A stretch of DNA of 64,000 nucleotides from Candidatus Eiseniibacteriota bacterium. Its GTDB lineage: Bacteria > Eisenbacteria > RBG-16-71-46 > CAZEPH01. The stretch is taken from positions 32,001-96,000 of the forward strand of contig JBGATO010000001.1 in the NCBI GenBank assembly GCA_044229145.1, given 5' to 3'. The translations under genes and the position numbers were made by a program. Position 1 is the first letter of the stretch. Every line of letters begins with the position of its first letter. The notes beneath the pieces were generated by a model that ran no database searches, was not told the DNA's origin, and saw only the letters and a list, made by a program, of their open reading frames with translations. Below, in pieces: positions 27,307-38,211 of this stretch.

Positions 27307-28698
27307 TTAGGGCGCGGCGGCGGGTGGCGCCCCGCCGCGGTTGGTCTGATGGACCGCGATCTGCCTCTGCACCAGATGCACGGTGTCGGCGAGGATCACG
27401 AACACGAACAGCGTGCCGATGAGCGCGAGTCCGACGCGTTGGAACGCCAGCTGCGCCTTCATCGACAACGGCCGCCGCATGAGGCCCTCGTACAGCGCCA
27501 TCGCGATGTGGCCACCGTCGAGCACCGGCAGCGGCAGGATGTTCATCACCGCCAGGGTCACACCGATGAACGCGGTGAACTGCATGAGCATGTCGAGGCC
27601 GCGCCGGGCGTACGTCGCCGCCATCTGCGCGATACCGATCGGTCCGGTCAGCGACGAGCCGGCGTCCTTGAGGTGGAACAGCGTGCGGCCGAGGCCCTCC
27701 ACGATCGTCGCGGTGACGTTGACGAGGTAGCGCCACGCGCCACCGAACGCCTCGGCCGGCGTCGACTTGTAGATGCGGACCTGCGTGAACGGCCGCGGCT
27801 CGAGGCCGATCATGCCGTAGTCCGTCTCGGTCTGCGCGCCGGCGGCCAGCGCCGACACCGGCTTGACCCGCACCTCTTGCGTCCGCGCGGACCCCGGACG
27901 GACGAAGCTCACCGTCAGGGTCTTTCCGAGACCGGCGTGGATGATCTCCGCCGCATCCTCGAACGTGCGCACCGGCGTACCCGCGATCGCCACCAAACTG
28001 TCGCCGGCACGCAATCCCGCCAAGTACGCCGGCTGGTTCACCAACACATTGCCGATGACCGGCGCGTGGGCGGGCTGGATCGCCATCGCCAACCGCACCG
28101 CGGTGGGCTCGTCGAGGCGCAGACGCTTCTCGCCGGCATCGCCGCGCAGCACGAATTCGCGCGGCCACGCCGGCATCCCCGGCGTGTCGTCGAGCGCGTC
28201 GATGAACTCGCTCATACTTTGCACCGCGGTGCCGCCCACCGACGCGATACGGTCGCCGCTCACCACGCCGAGCGAGTCGGCCAGCGGGCTCGCGTTGCGC
28301 AGGTACACGACGGCGGGCGAATCCGGTTCCGGCACGCCGGTCACCAACGCCGCCCAGATGATCACGTACGCCCAGATGATGTTCGAACCCGGGCCGGCCA
28401 CCGCGATCAGCGCGCGGCGCCACCAGGCGGCGGTGAGGAACTCGCCGGCCGCGCCGGTGCTCGAGTCCTGTTCATCGCCCGCCATCTTCACGTAGCCGCC
28501 GAGCGGCAGCCACGAGATGCAATAGTCGGTCTCGCCGATCTGAATGCCGAAGGCGCGCGGCGGGAAGCCCATCGAGAATCGCAGCACCTTGATGCCGAGC
28601 GCTTTCGCCATCAAGAAGTGCCCGAGCTCGTGCACGAACACCAGGAAGCCGAGCACGAGGACGAAGGGCAGCAGATTGTCGGTCAGGAACTGCAGCAC
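27307..28698 (-). CDS. rseP: RIP metalloprotease RseP
   Basis: HELGH, PLGGYVKM, AGP..N, two PDZ-like segments, NILPLPVLDGGH. Confidence 0.95.
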   Translation of the reverse strand: MLQFLTDNLLPFVLVLGFLVFVHELGHFLMAKALGIKVLRFSMGFPPRAFGIQIGETDYCISWLPLGGYVKMAGDEQDSSTGAAGEFLTAAWWRRALIAVAGPGSNIIWAYVIIWAALVTGVPEPDSPAVVYLRNASPLADSLGVVSGDRIASVGGTAVQSMSEFIDALDDTPGMPAWPREFVLRGDAGEKRLRLDEPTAVRLAMAIQPAHAPVIGNVLVNQPAYLAGLRAGDSLVAIAGTPVRTFEDAAEIIHAGLGKTLTVSFVRPGSARTQEVRVKPVSALAAGAQTETDYGMIGLEPRPFTQVRIYKSTPAEAFGGAWRYLVNVTATIVEGLGRTLFHLKDAGSSLTGPIGIAQMAATYARRGLDMLMQFTAFIGVTLAVMNILPLPVLDGGHIAMALYEGLMRRPLSMKAQLAFQRVGLALIGTLFVFVILADTVHLVQRQIAVHQTNRGGAPPAAAP

Positions 28699-28737
28699 GT
28701 GGAGCGCTCTCCAGGTCGGATGCGGCGGTTGCGGGCG

Positions 28738-28767
28738 ATTCTAGTCAGCGTGGACCGGCCCACGCAA
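28738..28767 (-). promoter_or_regulatory. Sigma70-type promoter for rseP
   Basis: TTGCGT-N18-TAGAAT. Confidence 0.55.
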
Positions 28768-28784
28768 GGCGCGGACCGCCGAGG

Positions 28785-29945
28785 TCATACAGAGAGGTAT
28801 CGGCGGGCCCGGTCGCGGGCCCATCGATCCGCCTCTTCGATGTCGCCGAGGCGCGGAGAGTGCACCACCGCATGGTCGGCCAGGACCCGTTCCAGCACGC
28901 CGGGCAGGGCGCCGAAGGACAGCCGTCCGTCGAGGAACGCCGCCACGGCGACTTCGTCCGCGGCATTGAGGACCGCTGGTGCGGTTCCGCCCGCTTCCCC
29001 GGCGGCACGCACGAGGCCGAGGCACGGATACCGCGCCGCATCCGGTTCCGCGAAGGTCAGCTGGCCGAGTGCCAGCGGGCTCACCGCCGGCGCCGGCGGC
29101 CGCCACCGCTCGGGATAGCTGAGGGCGTACTGGATCGGCAGCCGCATGTCGGTGGCACTGATCTGGGCCAGCAGCGAGCCGTCGGCGAGTTCGGCGAAGG
29201 CATGCACCAGCGATTGCGCGTGCACCACCACCGCGATCTCGGCCAGCGGCACGTCGAACAGCCACCGGGTTTCGAGAACCTCGAAGCCCTTGTTGAGCAG
29301 CGTCGCGCAGTCGACGGTGATGCGCGGGCCCATGCGCCAGGTCGGGTGCGCCAGCACATCGTCGGGCGTGGCGGCGTCGAGGCGATCGAGCGGCCAGTCG
29401 CGCAGCGCGCCGCCCGAGGCGGTCAGCCACAGCCGCGCGATCTCGCCGGCGCGGCGCCCTTCGAGCAGTTGGAAGAGGCCACTGTGTTCGCTATCCACCG
29501 GGAGCAGAGCCGCGCCCGGCGTGCGCAGCGCGTCGCGCACCAGCTCGCCGCCCAGCACCAGCGATTCCTTGTTCGCCAGGGCGACGGTGTGCCCGGCCGC
29601 CAGCGCCGCCAGTGTCGGCGCCAAGCCCGCGGCGCCTACCAGCGCATTGACCACGACGTCGACGTCGGGACGTCCGGCGCACGCCACCAGCGCCTCCGCG
29701 CCCTCCTCCACGACGAGTCCGTCCCACGCCGCGGCGCGCGCACGGGCGGCCGCCTCGGCATCGCCCAGAACGAGGTGCGCGACGCCGAATTCGCGTGCCG
29801 CGTCCAGCAGCGGCTCGACCTGGCGATGCGCGGCGAGCGCCACGATCTCGAATCGTCCGGGATGCTGGCGCACCACGTCGAGCGTGTTGACGCCGATCGA
29901 CCCGGTGGCGCCCAGCACCGCCAGCCGGCGGGGCGCGGCGCTCAT
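28785..29945 (-). CDS. dxr: 1-deoxy-D-xylulose-5-phosphate reductoisomerase
   Basis: LGATGSIG, LANKESLV, PVDSEH, TASGG, HPTW.MG, NKG.E. Confidence 0.96.
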   Translation of the reverse strand: MSAAPRRLAVLGATGSIGVNTLDVVRQHPGRFEIVALAAHRQVEPLLDAAREFGVAHLVLGDAEAAARARAAAWDGLVVEEGAEALVACAGRPDVDVVVNALVGAAGLAPTLAALAAGHTVALANKESLVLGGELVRDALRTPGAALLPVDSEHSGLFQLLEGRRAGEIARLWLTASGGALRDWPLDRLDAATPDDVLAHPTWRMGPRITVDCATLLNKGFEVLETRWLFDVPLAEIAVVVHAQSLVHAFAELADGSLLAQISATDMRLPIQYALSYPERWRPPAPAVSPLALGQLTFAEPDAARYPCLGLVRAAGEAGGTAPAVLNAADEVAVAAFLDGRLSFGALPGVLERVLADHAVVHSPRLGDIEEADRWARDRARRYLSV

Positions 29946-30850
29946 CGCAGCACCCCGAAGCGGAACGCGTAGTAGACCACCGGCACCGCGAACAGCACCG
30001 CATCCAGCCGGTCGAGGATGCCGCCGTGTCCCGGCAGCGTCTGCGAGCTGTCTTTGATATGCACGTCGCGCTTGATCAGCGATTCGACGAGATCGCCGGC
30101 TTGGCCCGCCAGGCTCGCCGCACACGCCACCCCGAGCCCCGCCGGCACACTCAGGATGTCCGGCCGCCACAGCGCGATTGCGCCGCCCGCCAGCGTCCCG
30201 CACACCAGGCCGCCGAGCCCGCCTTCGACCGACTTCTTCGGCGAAATGCGCGGCGCCAGCGGCGTGCGCCCCCACCGCGAGCCGACGAAGTACGCCGCCG
30301 TGTCGGTGGTCCAGCTGACGATGAGGGCGAAGAAGACGTAGACCCAGCCGTCGGCGTAGGCGCGCGACGGCACCAGCGAGTGCGGCAGCTCGCGCAGCAA
30401 CACCAAGTGCGCCCCGAGCCAGCCGACGTAGACGACGCCGAACAACGTCGTCGCCAGGTGATAGACGGCATAGCGCGTATCGCGGCGGAACAACTCGGAG
30501 GTCATCAGGGCGAGCAAGATGAGGGCGAACAGCATGTTGGTGTCGGCGGCGATGATCGGCGAACGGCTCCAGATGAGCAGCATGCCGCTGGCGACACCGA
30601 GCAGGCGGTACGGACGCAATCCCTTCGCCCGCATCATGCGGTAGAACTCGAACAGGCCGAGGCCGACCGTCATGCTGACCAGCGACAGCCACACCAAACC
30701 GCCGGCCCATACGGCGTAGAGGACGATCGGCGCGCCCACCACGCCGGTGGCGACACGCAACATCAGGGTGCGGCCGAACGCCTGGCGCCGCCGCTCCTCG
30801 GGCGACTCCAGGGCCGCGGCCGCGGTGGTGCCGCGTGGAGGCTTACTCAA
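29942..30850 (-). CDS. cdsA: Phosphatidate cytidylyltransferase
   Basis: DTAAYFVG, SPKKSVEG, GDLVES.IKR...KDS...PGHGGILDRLD. Confidence 0.95.
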   Translation of the reverse strand: MSKPPRGTTAAAALESPEERRRQAFGRTLMLRVATGVVGAPIVLYAVWAGGLVWLSLVSMTVGLGLFEFYRMMRAKGLRPYRLLGVASGMLLIWSRSPIIAADTNMLFALILLALMTSELFRRDTRYAVYHLATTLFGVVYVGWLGAHLVLLRELPHSLVPSRAYADGWVYVFFALIVSWTTDTAAYFVGSRWGRTPLAPRISPKKSVEGGLGGLVCGTLAGGAIALWRPDILSVPAGLGVACAASLAGQAGDLVESLIKRDVHIKDSSQTLPGHGGILDRLDAVLFAVPVVYYAFRFGVLR

Positions 30851-31622
30851 CGCGCCCGAACCGCCGCTCGCGCCGCTGATACGCGGCGCACGCCGCGAAC
30901 AGGTGCTCGCGGCGGAAATCCGGCCACAGCACCTCGGTCATGTAGAGTTCGGCGTAGGCCAGCTGCCAGAGGAGGAAGTTCGACAGCCGCATCTCGCCGC
31001 TGGTGCGGATCAAGAGGTCGGGATCCGGCAGGCCGGCGGTGTAGAGGTGCGCCTCGATGACGCGCTCGTCGATATCGTTCGGACGCAGCAGGCCCGCCGC
31101 CACTTCGGTCGCCAGCACGCGCATCGCGTCCACCATCTCGGCACGCCCGCCGTAGGACAACGCCAGATTGAGCACCATCCCGGTGCCTTCGGCGAGGAAG
31201 TCGCGCGTCTCGGCGATGGTCTCCTGCACGATCGCCGGCAAGTCGGCCACGCGCCCGCTCACCCGCAACGTCACGCCGTTGCGCTTGAGATCGTCGCGTT
31301 CTTCGAGCAGGACTTCACGCAGCAGGCGCATGAGCACCGAGACTTCGGTGCTCGGCCGCTGCCAATTCTCGATCGAGAAGGTGTAGAGCGTGAGGACTTC
31401 GATCCCGAGGTCGACGGCGCCTTCGATGGTGTCGCGCACCGCTTTCTTGGCGGCTTCATGGCCGCGCACGCGCTCCCAGCCACGGCGGCGCGCCCAGCGG
31501 CCATTGCCGTCCATGATGACGGCGATGTGGCGCGGCAGATTGCCCGCCGCGACCACGTCGTCGCGCAACGCGGTCACCGCGGCCGCCGCGGACGCCGGGT
31601 CCATCGTCTGCCGCGTCGCCAC
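30843..31622 (-). CDS. uppS: Undecaprenyl diphosphate synthase
   Basis: HIAVIMDGNGRWA, FSIENW.RP, YGGR.E, PDLLIRTSGE.RLSNFLLWQ. Confidence 0.96.
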   Translation of the reverse strand: MATRQTMDPASAAAAVTALRDDVVAAGNLPRHIAVIMDGNGRWARRRGWERVRGHEAAKKAVRDTIEGAVDLGIEVLTLYTFSIENWQRPSTEVSVLMRLLREVLLEERDDLKRNGVTLRVSGRVADLPAIVQETIAETRDFLAEGTGMVLNLALSYGGRAEMVDAMRVLATEVAAGLLRPNDIDERVIEAHLYTAGLPDPDLLIRTSGEMRLSNFLLWQLAYAELYMTEVLWPDFRREHLFAACAAYQRRERRFGRVE

Positions 31623-31624
31623 GC

Positions 31625-32182
31625 TTAGACCTCCATCAACTCCGCGGTCTTCTTCGCCGACATCGCATCGAGTTCCTTCACGTGCTTGTCGGTGATCTTC
31701 TGCGCTTCGGCCTCGGCGCGCTTGACGTCGTCCTCGCTGGCGTGGCCGTCCTTGATCATCTTCTTGAACTGGTCCATGGCGTGGTGGCGGACGTTGCGCA
31801 CGCTCACCTTGCCTTCCTCGATGAGGCGGTGGACCGTCTTCACGAGTTCCTTGCGGCGGTCCTCGGTGAGCGGCGGCACCGGCAGGCGGATCACGCTGCC
31901 GTCGTTCGACGGGTTGAGCCCGAGGTCCGACTTCATGATCGCCTTCTCGATGTGGTGGATCATGTTGCGGTCCCACGGCTGCAACACGATCATGCGCGGT
32001 TCAGGGACCGACACCGAGGCGACCTGCGTGACCGGCGTCAAAGTGCCGTAGTAGTCGACCTTCACGGACTCCAGGAGCCCCGCGCTGGCGCGACCGGTGC
32101 GCACACCGGACAACTCGTGGCGCACGACGTCCACCGACTTCTTCATCTTGTCGTCCATGTCGGCGAGAACGGTCTTCGGCAT
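31625..32182 (-). CDS. frr: Ribosome recycling factor
   Basis: RTGRAS, VDYYG, LGLNP.NDG, PPLTEDRRK. Confidence 0.97.
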   Translation of the reverse strand: MPKTVLADMDDKMKKSVDVVRHELSGVRTGRASAGLLESVKVDYYGTLTPVTQVASVSVPEPRMIVLQPWDRNMIHHIEKAIMKSDLGLNPSNDGSVIRLPVPPLTEDRRKELVKTVHRLIEEGKVSVRNVRHHAMDQFKKMIKDGHASEDDVKRAEAEAQKITDKHVKELDAMSAKKTAELMEV

Positions 32183-32185
32183 AGC

Positions 32186-32914
32186 TTACTCCGTGACGGT
32201 GGTGCCCACCGGTTCGCGCTGCACGACGCGCAGCAGGTTCCCGTGGACGTTCACGTTGAAGATGATGAGCGGCAGCTTGTTGTCCATGCACAGCGAGATC
32301 GCCGTGGAATCCATGACCTTCAGGCGCCGCGTGAGGACCTCATGATAGGTCAACGCCGGATAGAATTCTGCCGTGGGATCGAGCATCGGATCGGCACTGT
32401 ACACCCCGTCGACCTTGGTGGCCTTGAGGATGACGTCGGCCTCGACCTCGATGGCGCGCAGCACGGCGGCGGTGTCGGTGGTGAAGTACGGGTTGCCGGT
32501 GCCGGCGGCGCAGATCACGATGCGCCCCTTCTCGAGATGGCGCACGGCGCGGCGGCGGATATAGGGCTCGGCGAACGCTTGCATTTCGATCGCCGACATC
32601 ACGCGGGTGAACAGCCCGCGGTGCTCCAACGCGCCCTGCATCGCCAGCGAATTCTGCACCGTGGCGAGCATGCCCATGTAGTCGCCGGTGACCCGGTCGA
32701 GCCCCTTGGCCGCGGCCTGCAAGCCGCGGAAGATGTTGCCGCCGCCGATGACGATCGCGACCTGCACGCCGATGGCGTGCACGGCCGCGATTTCGTCAGC
32801 GAAGCGGTCGAGTTGCGCGGAGTCGATGCCGTAGCCGGCCTCGCCCGCCAGACTCTCGCCGCTGATCTTCAGCAGAACGCGGCGGTAATTCCCAGCGCCG
32901 TTCGCCGCGCTCAC
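32186..32914 (-). CDS. pyrH: UMP kinase
   Basis: [37 protein letters not shown] overlap with tsf. Confidence 0.97.
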   Translation of the reverse strand: MSAANGAGNYRRVLLKISGESLAGEAGYGIDSAQLDRFADEIAAVHAIGVQVAIVIGGGNIFRGLQAAAKGLDRVTGDYMGMLATVQNSLAMQGALEHRGLFTRVMSAIEMQAFAEPYIRRRAVRHLEKGRIVICAAGTGNPYFTTDTAAVLRAIEVEADVILKATKVDGVYSADPMLDPTAEFYPALTYHEVLTRRLKVMDSTAISLCMDNKLPLIIFNVNVHGNLLRVVQREPVGTTVTE

Positions 32915-33507
32915 GCCTGTCCGAGCGCGAAGCGGGAGAAGCGCCGCACGATGATATTCTCGCCCATCTTGCCGCTGGCTTCCTTCACCAGCTCGCCGAC
33001 GGTCTTGGTCTGGTCCTTGATGAACGCCTGGTCGAGGAGGCAGACCTCGCTGTAGTACTTCTCGATCCGGCCGTCCACGATCTTGTCGATGATGTTCGCC
33101 GGCTTGCCGCTCTCGGCGACTTGCGCGCGGTAGATCTCGCGCTCCTTCTCGATCACCGCCTGGTCGAGCTCTTCGCGGCGCACCGCGAGCGGCGCCGCCG
33201 CGGCTACCTGCATCGCGAGGTCGCGCACCAGCGCGCCGAACTCCTCGGTGCGCGCCACGAAGTCGGTCTCGCTGTTGACCTCGATCAACACGCCAACGCG
33301 GTTGCCCGGGTGGATGTACGACTGGACGAGACCTTCCTTCGCCTCGCGGCCACCACGCTTCTCGGCCGAGGCGATGCCCTGCTTGCGCAGCGCCTCGAGG
33401 GCGGCGTTCATGTCGCCGTTCGCCTCGGACAGCGCCTTCTTGCAATCCATCATCCCCGCGCCACTCTTCTCGCGGAGTTCCTTCACTGCCGACGGACTAA
33501 TTGCCAT
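32911..33507 (-). CDS. tsf: Elongation factor Ts (short 198-aa form)
   Basis: [30 protein letters not shown]. Confidence 0.97.
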   Translation of the reverse strand: MAISPSAVKELREKSGAGMMDCKKALSEANGDMNAALEALRKQGIASAEKRGGREAKEGLVQSYIHPGNRVGVLIEVNSETDFVARTEEFGALVRDLAMQVAAAAPLAVRREELDQAVIEKEREIYRAQVAESGKPANIIDKIVDGRIEKYYSEVCLLDQAFIKDQTKTVGELVKEASGKMGENIIVRRFSRFALGQA

Positions 33508-33601
33508 GACTGACCCTGCTCTCCTTCAGGCGCGCGGCGCATTGCGGCGCCGGCGCTCTCGTCTGTGCGCGCGCCCCCGTGGCGCGCGAGTCTCGGGATG
33601 G

Positions 33602-34420
<819 letters not shown>

Positions 34421-34570
34421 TGTTGGGTGACTCCTCTGTGCGTGAGCATCCACCGCCCCAGGCGCCTCGATCCGCGGCGCATGGCGCTCGGCGGACTCGG
34501 TCGCACATTGCTCATGTGCGGCGGCGCGGTTCGCGGTCCGCGCCGGTGGGGCGTGCGAGATGGGAAAACG
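34421..34570 (-). promoter_or_regulatory. Probable S2 autoregulatory leader
   Basis: Long structured 5' region; CGCCCCA near the 5' end pairs with TGGGGCG close to the RBS and encloses internal hairpins. Confidence 0.45.
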
Positions 34571-34669
34571 CCGAAGCGCTTTCCAGTGACGGTGTTCGAT
34601 GTCGGTGGCGCGCGATCGCTCGCGCACCCGGGACCGCCGCCGCCATTCGGCAGCCGGCGGGACGACGGA

Positions 34670-35065
34670 CTAGCGCTTCGAGAACTGGAACCGCTTGCGG
34701 GCTCCCGGCTGTCCGTACTTCTTCCGCTCCTTCATGCGCGCATCGCGCGTGAGGAAGCCTTCCCGTCCCAACACCGACTTGAGCGACGGGTCGAGAGCGA
34801 TCAATGCACGGGCGACACCCATGCGGAGAGCTCCCGCCTGTCCCGACACTCCCCCACCACGCACGGTGGCGATCACGTCGTAGCGGCCGGACAGATTGGT
34901 GAGGGTGAGCGGACGTTCGATGTCCGTCACCACGGTTTGACGGAGGAAATACTCGCGGAACTGCCGGCCATTGACCGTGCGGCTCCCGCTTCCCGGAACC
35001 AGACGAACGCGCGCGATGGCTTCCTTGCGCCGCCCGGTCGCCGGCTTGACTGCTGCGTCGGACAT
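34670..35065 (-). CDS. rpsI: 30S ribosomal protein S9
   Basis: [25 protein letters not shown]...[10 protein letters not shown]. Confidence 0.98.
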   Translation of the reverse strand: MSDAAVKPATGRRKEAIARVRLVPGSGSRTVNGRQFREYFLRQTVVTDIERPLTLTNLSGRYDVIATVRGGGVSGQAGALRMGVARALIALDPSLKSVLGREGFLTRDARMKERKKYGQPGARKRFQFSKR

Positions 35066-35143
35066 GTAAGTCTCCTTCGACTGAAACCTAATCCTGCGGG
35101 AAGGGCATGGGGGGCCTCACCGGCCCCCGCGCCCGTGGTGTCC

Positions 35144-35617
35144 CTAGGCGAGCCGCGCGCTCTCGAGCGCCAACGGCTGCGGGTTCTGCGCCTCGTGCGG
35201 ATGCGCCGGACCGGCGTACACGCGCAGCTTCTTCATCATGGCGCGCGCCAGCTTGGTCTTGGGCATCATGCCGCGCACGGCACGCGTCACCACGCGGTCC
35301 GGGTACTTCTGCATCAGGTCGCTCATGCGCGCCTCGCGGAAGCCGCCCGGGTACAAGGTGTGCCAGTAGTACTTCTTGTTTTCCAGCTTCGAGCCGGTCA
35401 ACGCCACCTTGTCCGCATTGATGATCACCACGTGATCGCCCACGTCGAGCCAGGGGGTGTACGTGGGCTTCGTCTTGCCTCGCAGAATCTTCGCGACTTC
35501 GGAAGCCAGGCGCCCCAGCACCAAGCCCTCCGCATCGACCACATACCAAGCGCGATCGATTTCGCCGCCCTTCACGGAATAGGTGCCGTGACCGGCACCG
35601 GTGTACGACGTGCTCAT
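35144..35617 (-). CDS. rplM: 50S ribosomal protein L13
   Basis: WYVVDA...LGRLAS...LRGK.KP.YTP, GMMPK, HPHEAQ. Confidence 0.98.
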   Translation of the reverse strand: MSTSYTGAGHGTYSVKGGEIDRAWYVVDAEGLVLGRLASEVAKILRGKTKPTYTPWLDVGDHVVIINADKVALTGSKLENKKYYWHTLYPGGFREARMSDLMQKYPDRVVTRAVRGMMPKTKLARAMMKKLRVYAGPAHPHEAQNPQPLALESARLA

Positions 35618-35791
35618 CAGGATCTCCGTCTCTGCTTCCTGCCCAGCCGCGACCCCGCGAGGCGCAAATCGCCCTCGCGCGGAAACTCGGAAAAGGGCCG
35701 CTGCCGGTCCCTGGCCGCGCCATCACACGACACGCGCGTCAACACACATCCGCAACTGGCGGCCAGGAGTGGGTTCGTCAAACGACCCGCC

Positions 35792-35819
35792 AGTATAGCC
35801 CCACCGCATGCGGAGTCAA
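35792..35819 (-). promoter_or_regulatory. Sigma70-type promoter for rplM-rpsI, with a ~170 nt leader
   Basis: TTGACT-N16-TATACT. Confidence 0.75.
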
Positions 35820-35855
35820 GCAGTTAAGCGCGCGGCTGCGGTCCCGCCGGCGGGC

Positions 35856-36890
35856 CTACGCGAAGGGCGGCTGCACCACCCCACGCTCGGTGATCCAGCC
35901 GGTGATCAACTCCGCCGGCGTGACATCGAACGCCGGGTTGTAGGCCGGCACGCCCTCGGGGGCGATCGGGCCGAGGGCGCCGCGGGTGACCTCGTCGGAG
36001 GTGCGCTGCTCGATCGGGATTTCCGCCCCCACCTCGGTGTCGGTGTCGATGGTCGACGACGGCATCACCACGTAGAACGGAATCTCGTGCCGCTTGGCCA
36101 GCACCGCAAGAGGATAACTGCCTATCTTGTTGGCAGTATCACCGTTGGCCACCACCCTGTCGGCTCCGATCAACACCACGTCGACGAGACCGGAGGCCAT
36201 CGCCCAGCCGGCGGCGCCATCTGCGAGTACCTGCACGGGAATGCCGCGCTGCTGGCACTCCCACGCGGTGAGCCGGGCTCCTTGGAGCAGCGGGCGGGTT
36301 TCGTCGGCGAGCACCGTCGGGTTCTTGCCGGCCGCATGGGCGGCGAATACCACCGCGAGCGCGGTGCCGAGCCCGGCGGTGGCCAGGCCGCCGGTGTTGC
36401 AGTGGGTGAGAACGCGCGCGTCGGGCGGGAGCAGGTCGGCGCCAGCGCGGCCCATCCGCTCGGACATCGCCAAGTCTTCGTCGCGGATGGCTTCGGCTTC
36501 CTCGCGCAGCAGGTGCACCACCATGTCGGCGGCATCGGGGCCCATGGCGAGTCCTTCCCACACGCCGCGCATGCGCTGGATCGCCCAGGCGAGGTTGACG
36601 GCGGTGGGACGGGCTTCGACGAGCTCGTCGGCGGCGCACTCGAGGATGTCGTGCAGGCGCGGCATCGAGTGCGTGTCGGCCTTCTCGGCCACCAATGCGA
36701 GCATGTACGCGGCGGCAACACCGATCGCCGGCGCTCCGCGCACGCGCAATGCGCGAATCGCTTCGATCATCTCGCGCACGTCGGTGCAGTCGTGATAGAT
36801 CAACTCGTGCGGCAAGCGCGTTTGGTCGATGAGGCGCACCGCGCCCGGCACCGCACGGACGGTGTCGAGGGCGCGCATCGGCTCCGGCAT
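35856..36890 (-). CDS. mtnA: S-methyl-5-thioribose-1-phosphate isomerase
   Basis: DQTRLP, VRGAPAIG, RPTAVNL, THCNTGGLAT, ETRPLLQGARLT, ANKIGSY, NPAFDVTP. Confidence 0.95.
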   Translation of the reverse strand: MPEPMRALDTVRAVPGAVRLIDQTRLPHELIYHDCTDVREMIEAIRALRVRGAPAIGVAAAYMLALVAEKADTHSMPRLHDILECAADELVEARPTAVNLAWAIQRMRGVWEGLAMGPDAADMVVHLLREEAEAIRDEDLAMSERMGRAGADLLPPDARVLTHCNTGGLATAGLGTALAVVFAAHAAGKNPTVLADETRPLLQGARLTAWECQQRGIPVQVLADGAAGWAMASGLVDVVLIGADRVVANGDTANKIGSYPLAVLAKRHEIPFYVVMPSSTIDTDTEVGAEIPIEQRTSDEVTRGALGPIAPEGVPAYNPAFDVTPAELITGWITERGVVQPPFA

Positions 36891-37513
36891 CAGTCGGCCT
36901 CCCCTGCTCGGCGGGCGTGTCGCGCGCGCAGCATCCGGTAGACGCGCGGCAGCGGCAGCCCCACCACGTTGAAATAGCACCCGTCGACGCGGGTGACGAA
37001 CACGCCGGCTTCGCCCTGGATGCCGTACGCGCCGGCTTTGTCGAGCGGCTCGCCGGTGGCGACGTAGGCCGCGATCTCGTCCTCGCCGAGTGCGGCGAAG
37101 GTCACAGTGGTGTCCTCGACCTCGCACGCCGCGGCGATGCCGGGCTGTCCGCACGGCACCAACGCCACACCGGTGAGCACCGCGTGCGTGCGCGCGCTCA
37201 GTCTGCGCAGCATCGCGACGGCGTCGGCGGCATCGCACGGCTTCTCGAGGACCGCGTCGTCGAGCACCACCACGGTATCGGCCGCCAGGACGTCGCACAC
37301 CAGGCCAGGCGGCAGCGTGTCGGCCACCGCCTGCGCCTTGGCCGCCGCCTGCCGACGCACGTAGGCGTGCGGGTCCTCGCCGGGCGTCCAGGTCCCCTCG
37401 ACACCCGGCGGGGCGTGGCGCACCTGCACGTCGACGCCGAGCGCTTCCAGCAACGCGCGCCGCCGCGGCGACGCACTCGCCAGCACGACCGGATGCGCGA
37501 ACGCGCGCGCCAT
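36890..37513 (-). CDS. maf: Maf family nucleoside-triphosphate pyrophosphatase
   Basis: LASASPRRR.LL, AADTVV, EKP, DKAGAYGIQ, NVVGLP. Confidence 0.95.
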   Translation of the reverse strand: MARAFAHPVVLASASPRRRALLEALGVDVQVRHAPPGVEGTWTPGEDPHAYVRRQAAAKAQAVADTLPPGLVCDVLAADTVVVLDDAVLEKPCDAADAVAMLRRLSARTHAVLTGVALVPCGQPGIAAACEVEDTTVTFAALGEDEIAAYVATGEPLDKAGAYGIQGEAGVFVTRVDGCYFNVVGLPLPRVYRMLRARHARRAGEAD

Positions 37514-37533
37514 CGGACCTGGCACGCGGTCGC

Positions 37534-38211
37534 TCACAACCGCGCCACCACGGCGAACCACAACAACGACAGCCCCACGCCCACGCCGGCACCGCGCCAG
37601 CCGATCCACCACCACCGGAAAACGCCGGAGCCGGCGATACGCGTATGCGGGATGGCCATCTGCGCGCCGGTTTGCACGTGGTAGGAGGTCTCGCCGAACC
37701 AGGTGGACGGGATGCGGCCGCGCGTCGGATCGCTCACCCGCGGCTCGGCGATAGCATGCACGCCGCCGCCGCCGCCGACGAACGGCGTCAGCCACGGCAC
37801 GCGGCGCCGCCACGCACGCGGCGCCACGGTCACCACCGTCGTCGTCCGGATCGCCCAGTCCTTGTAGCCGAAGGCACGCGGGGCGCGTTCGCACGGCACT
37901 GCGCCGGGCGAGCAGACACCGGCGTCGATCGCGTTGCGGCGGCCGGCATACTCGAGCGCCCACACTTGCGACCATACCGGCGTCACGCGCTGGCGATATT
38001 GCAACCCGTACGCGCTGGTCCGCCCGATCTCGAGCCCCCGCGCCGCCGCCAGCGTGTCGACGTGCAGCGTGGAGTAGGTCACCGAGGCGAAGCGGAACTC
38101 GAGCGGAATGCGCACGCCGCGGGCCCGCGGCGCGGCCTCTTGCGCGTGCGCCACGTTCGCCATCGCGGTACCGACGACCAGCGCGCACAGTGCGCGCCCT
38201 CCGCTACCCAC
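37534..38211 (-). CDS. Hypothetical exported protein, possibly a small beta-barrel OMP
   Basis: Signal peptide ending AHA-Q; 'LTPFVGGGGG' strand motif; sits within the operon. Confidence 0.55.
   Translation of the reverse strand: MGSGGRALCALVVGTAMANVAHAQEAAPRARGVRIPLEFRFASVTYSTLHVDTLAAARGLEIGRTSAYGLQYRQRVTPVWSQVWALEYAGRRNAIDAGVCSPGAVPCERAPRAFGYKDWAIRTTTVVTVAPRAWRRRVPWLTPFVGGGGGVHAIAEPRVSDPTRGRIPSTWFGETSYHVQTGAQMAIPHTRIAGSGVFRWWWIGWRGAGVGVGLSLLWFAVVARL

Noticed and set aside
32911..33507. Apparently truncated EF-Ts (198 aa)
   Set aside because: The short form is an established natural variant (e.g. Thermus, cyanobacteria)
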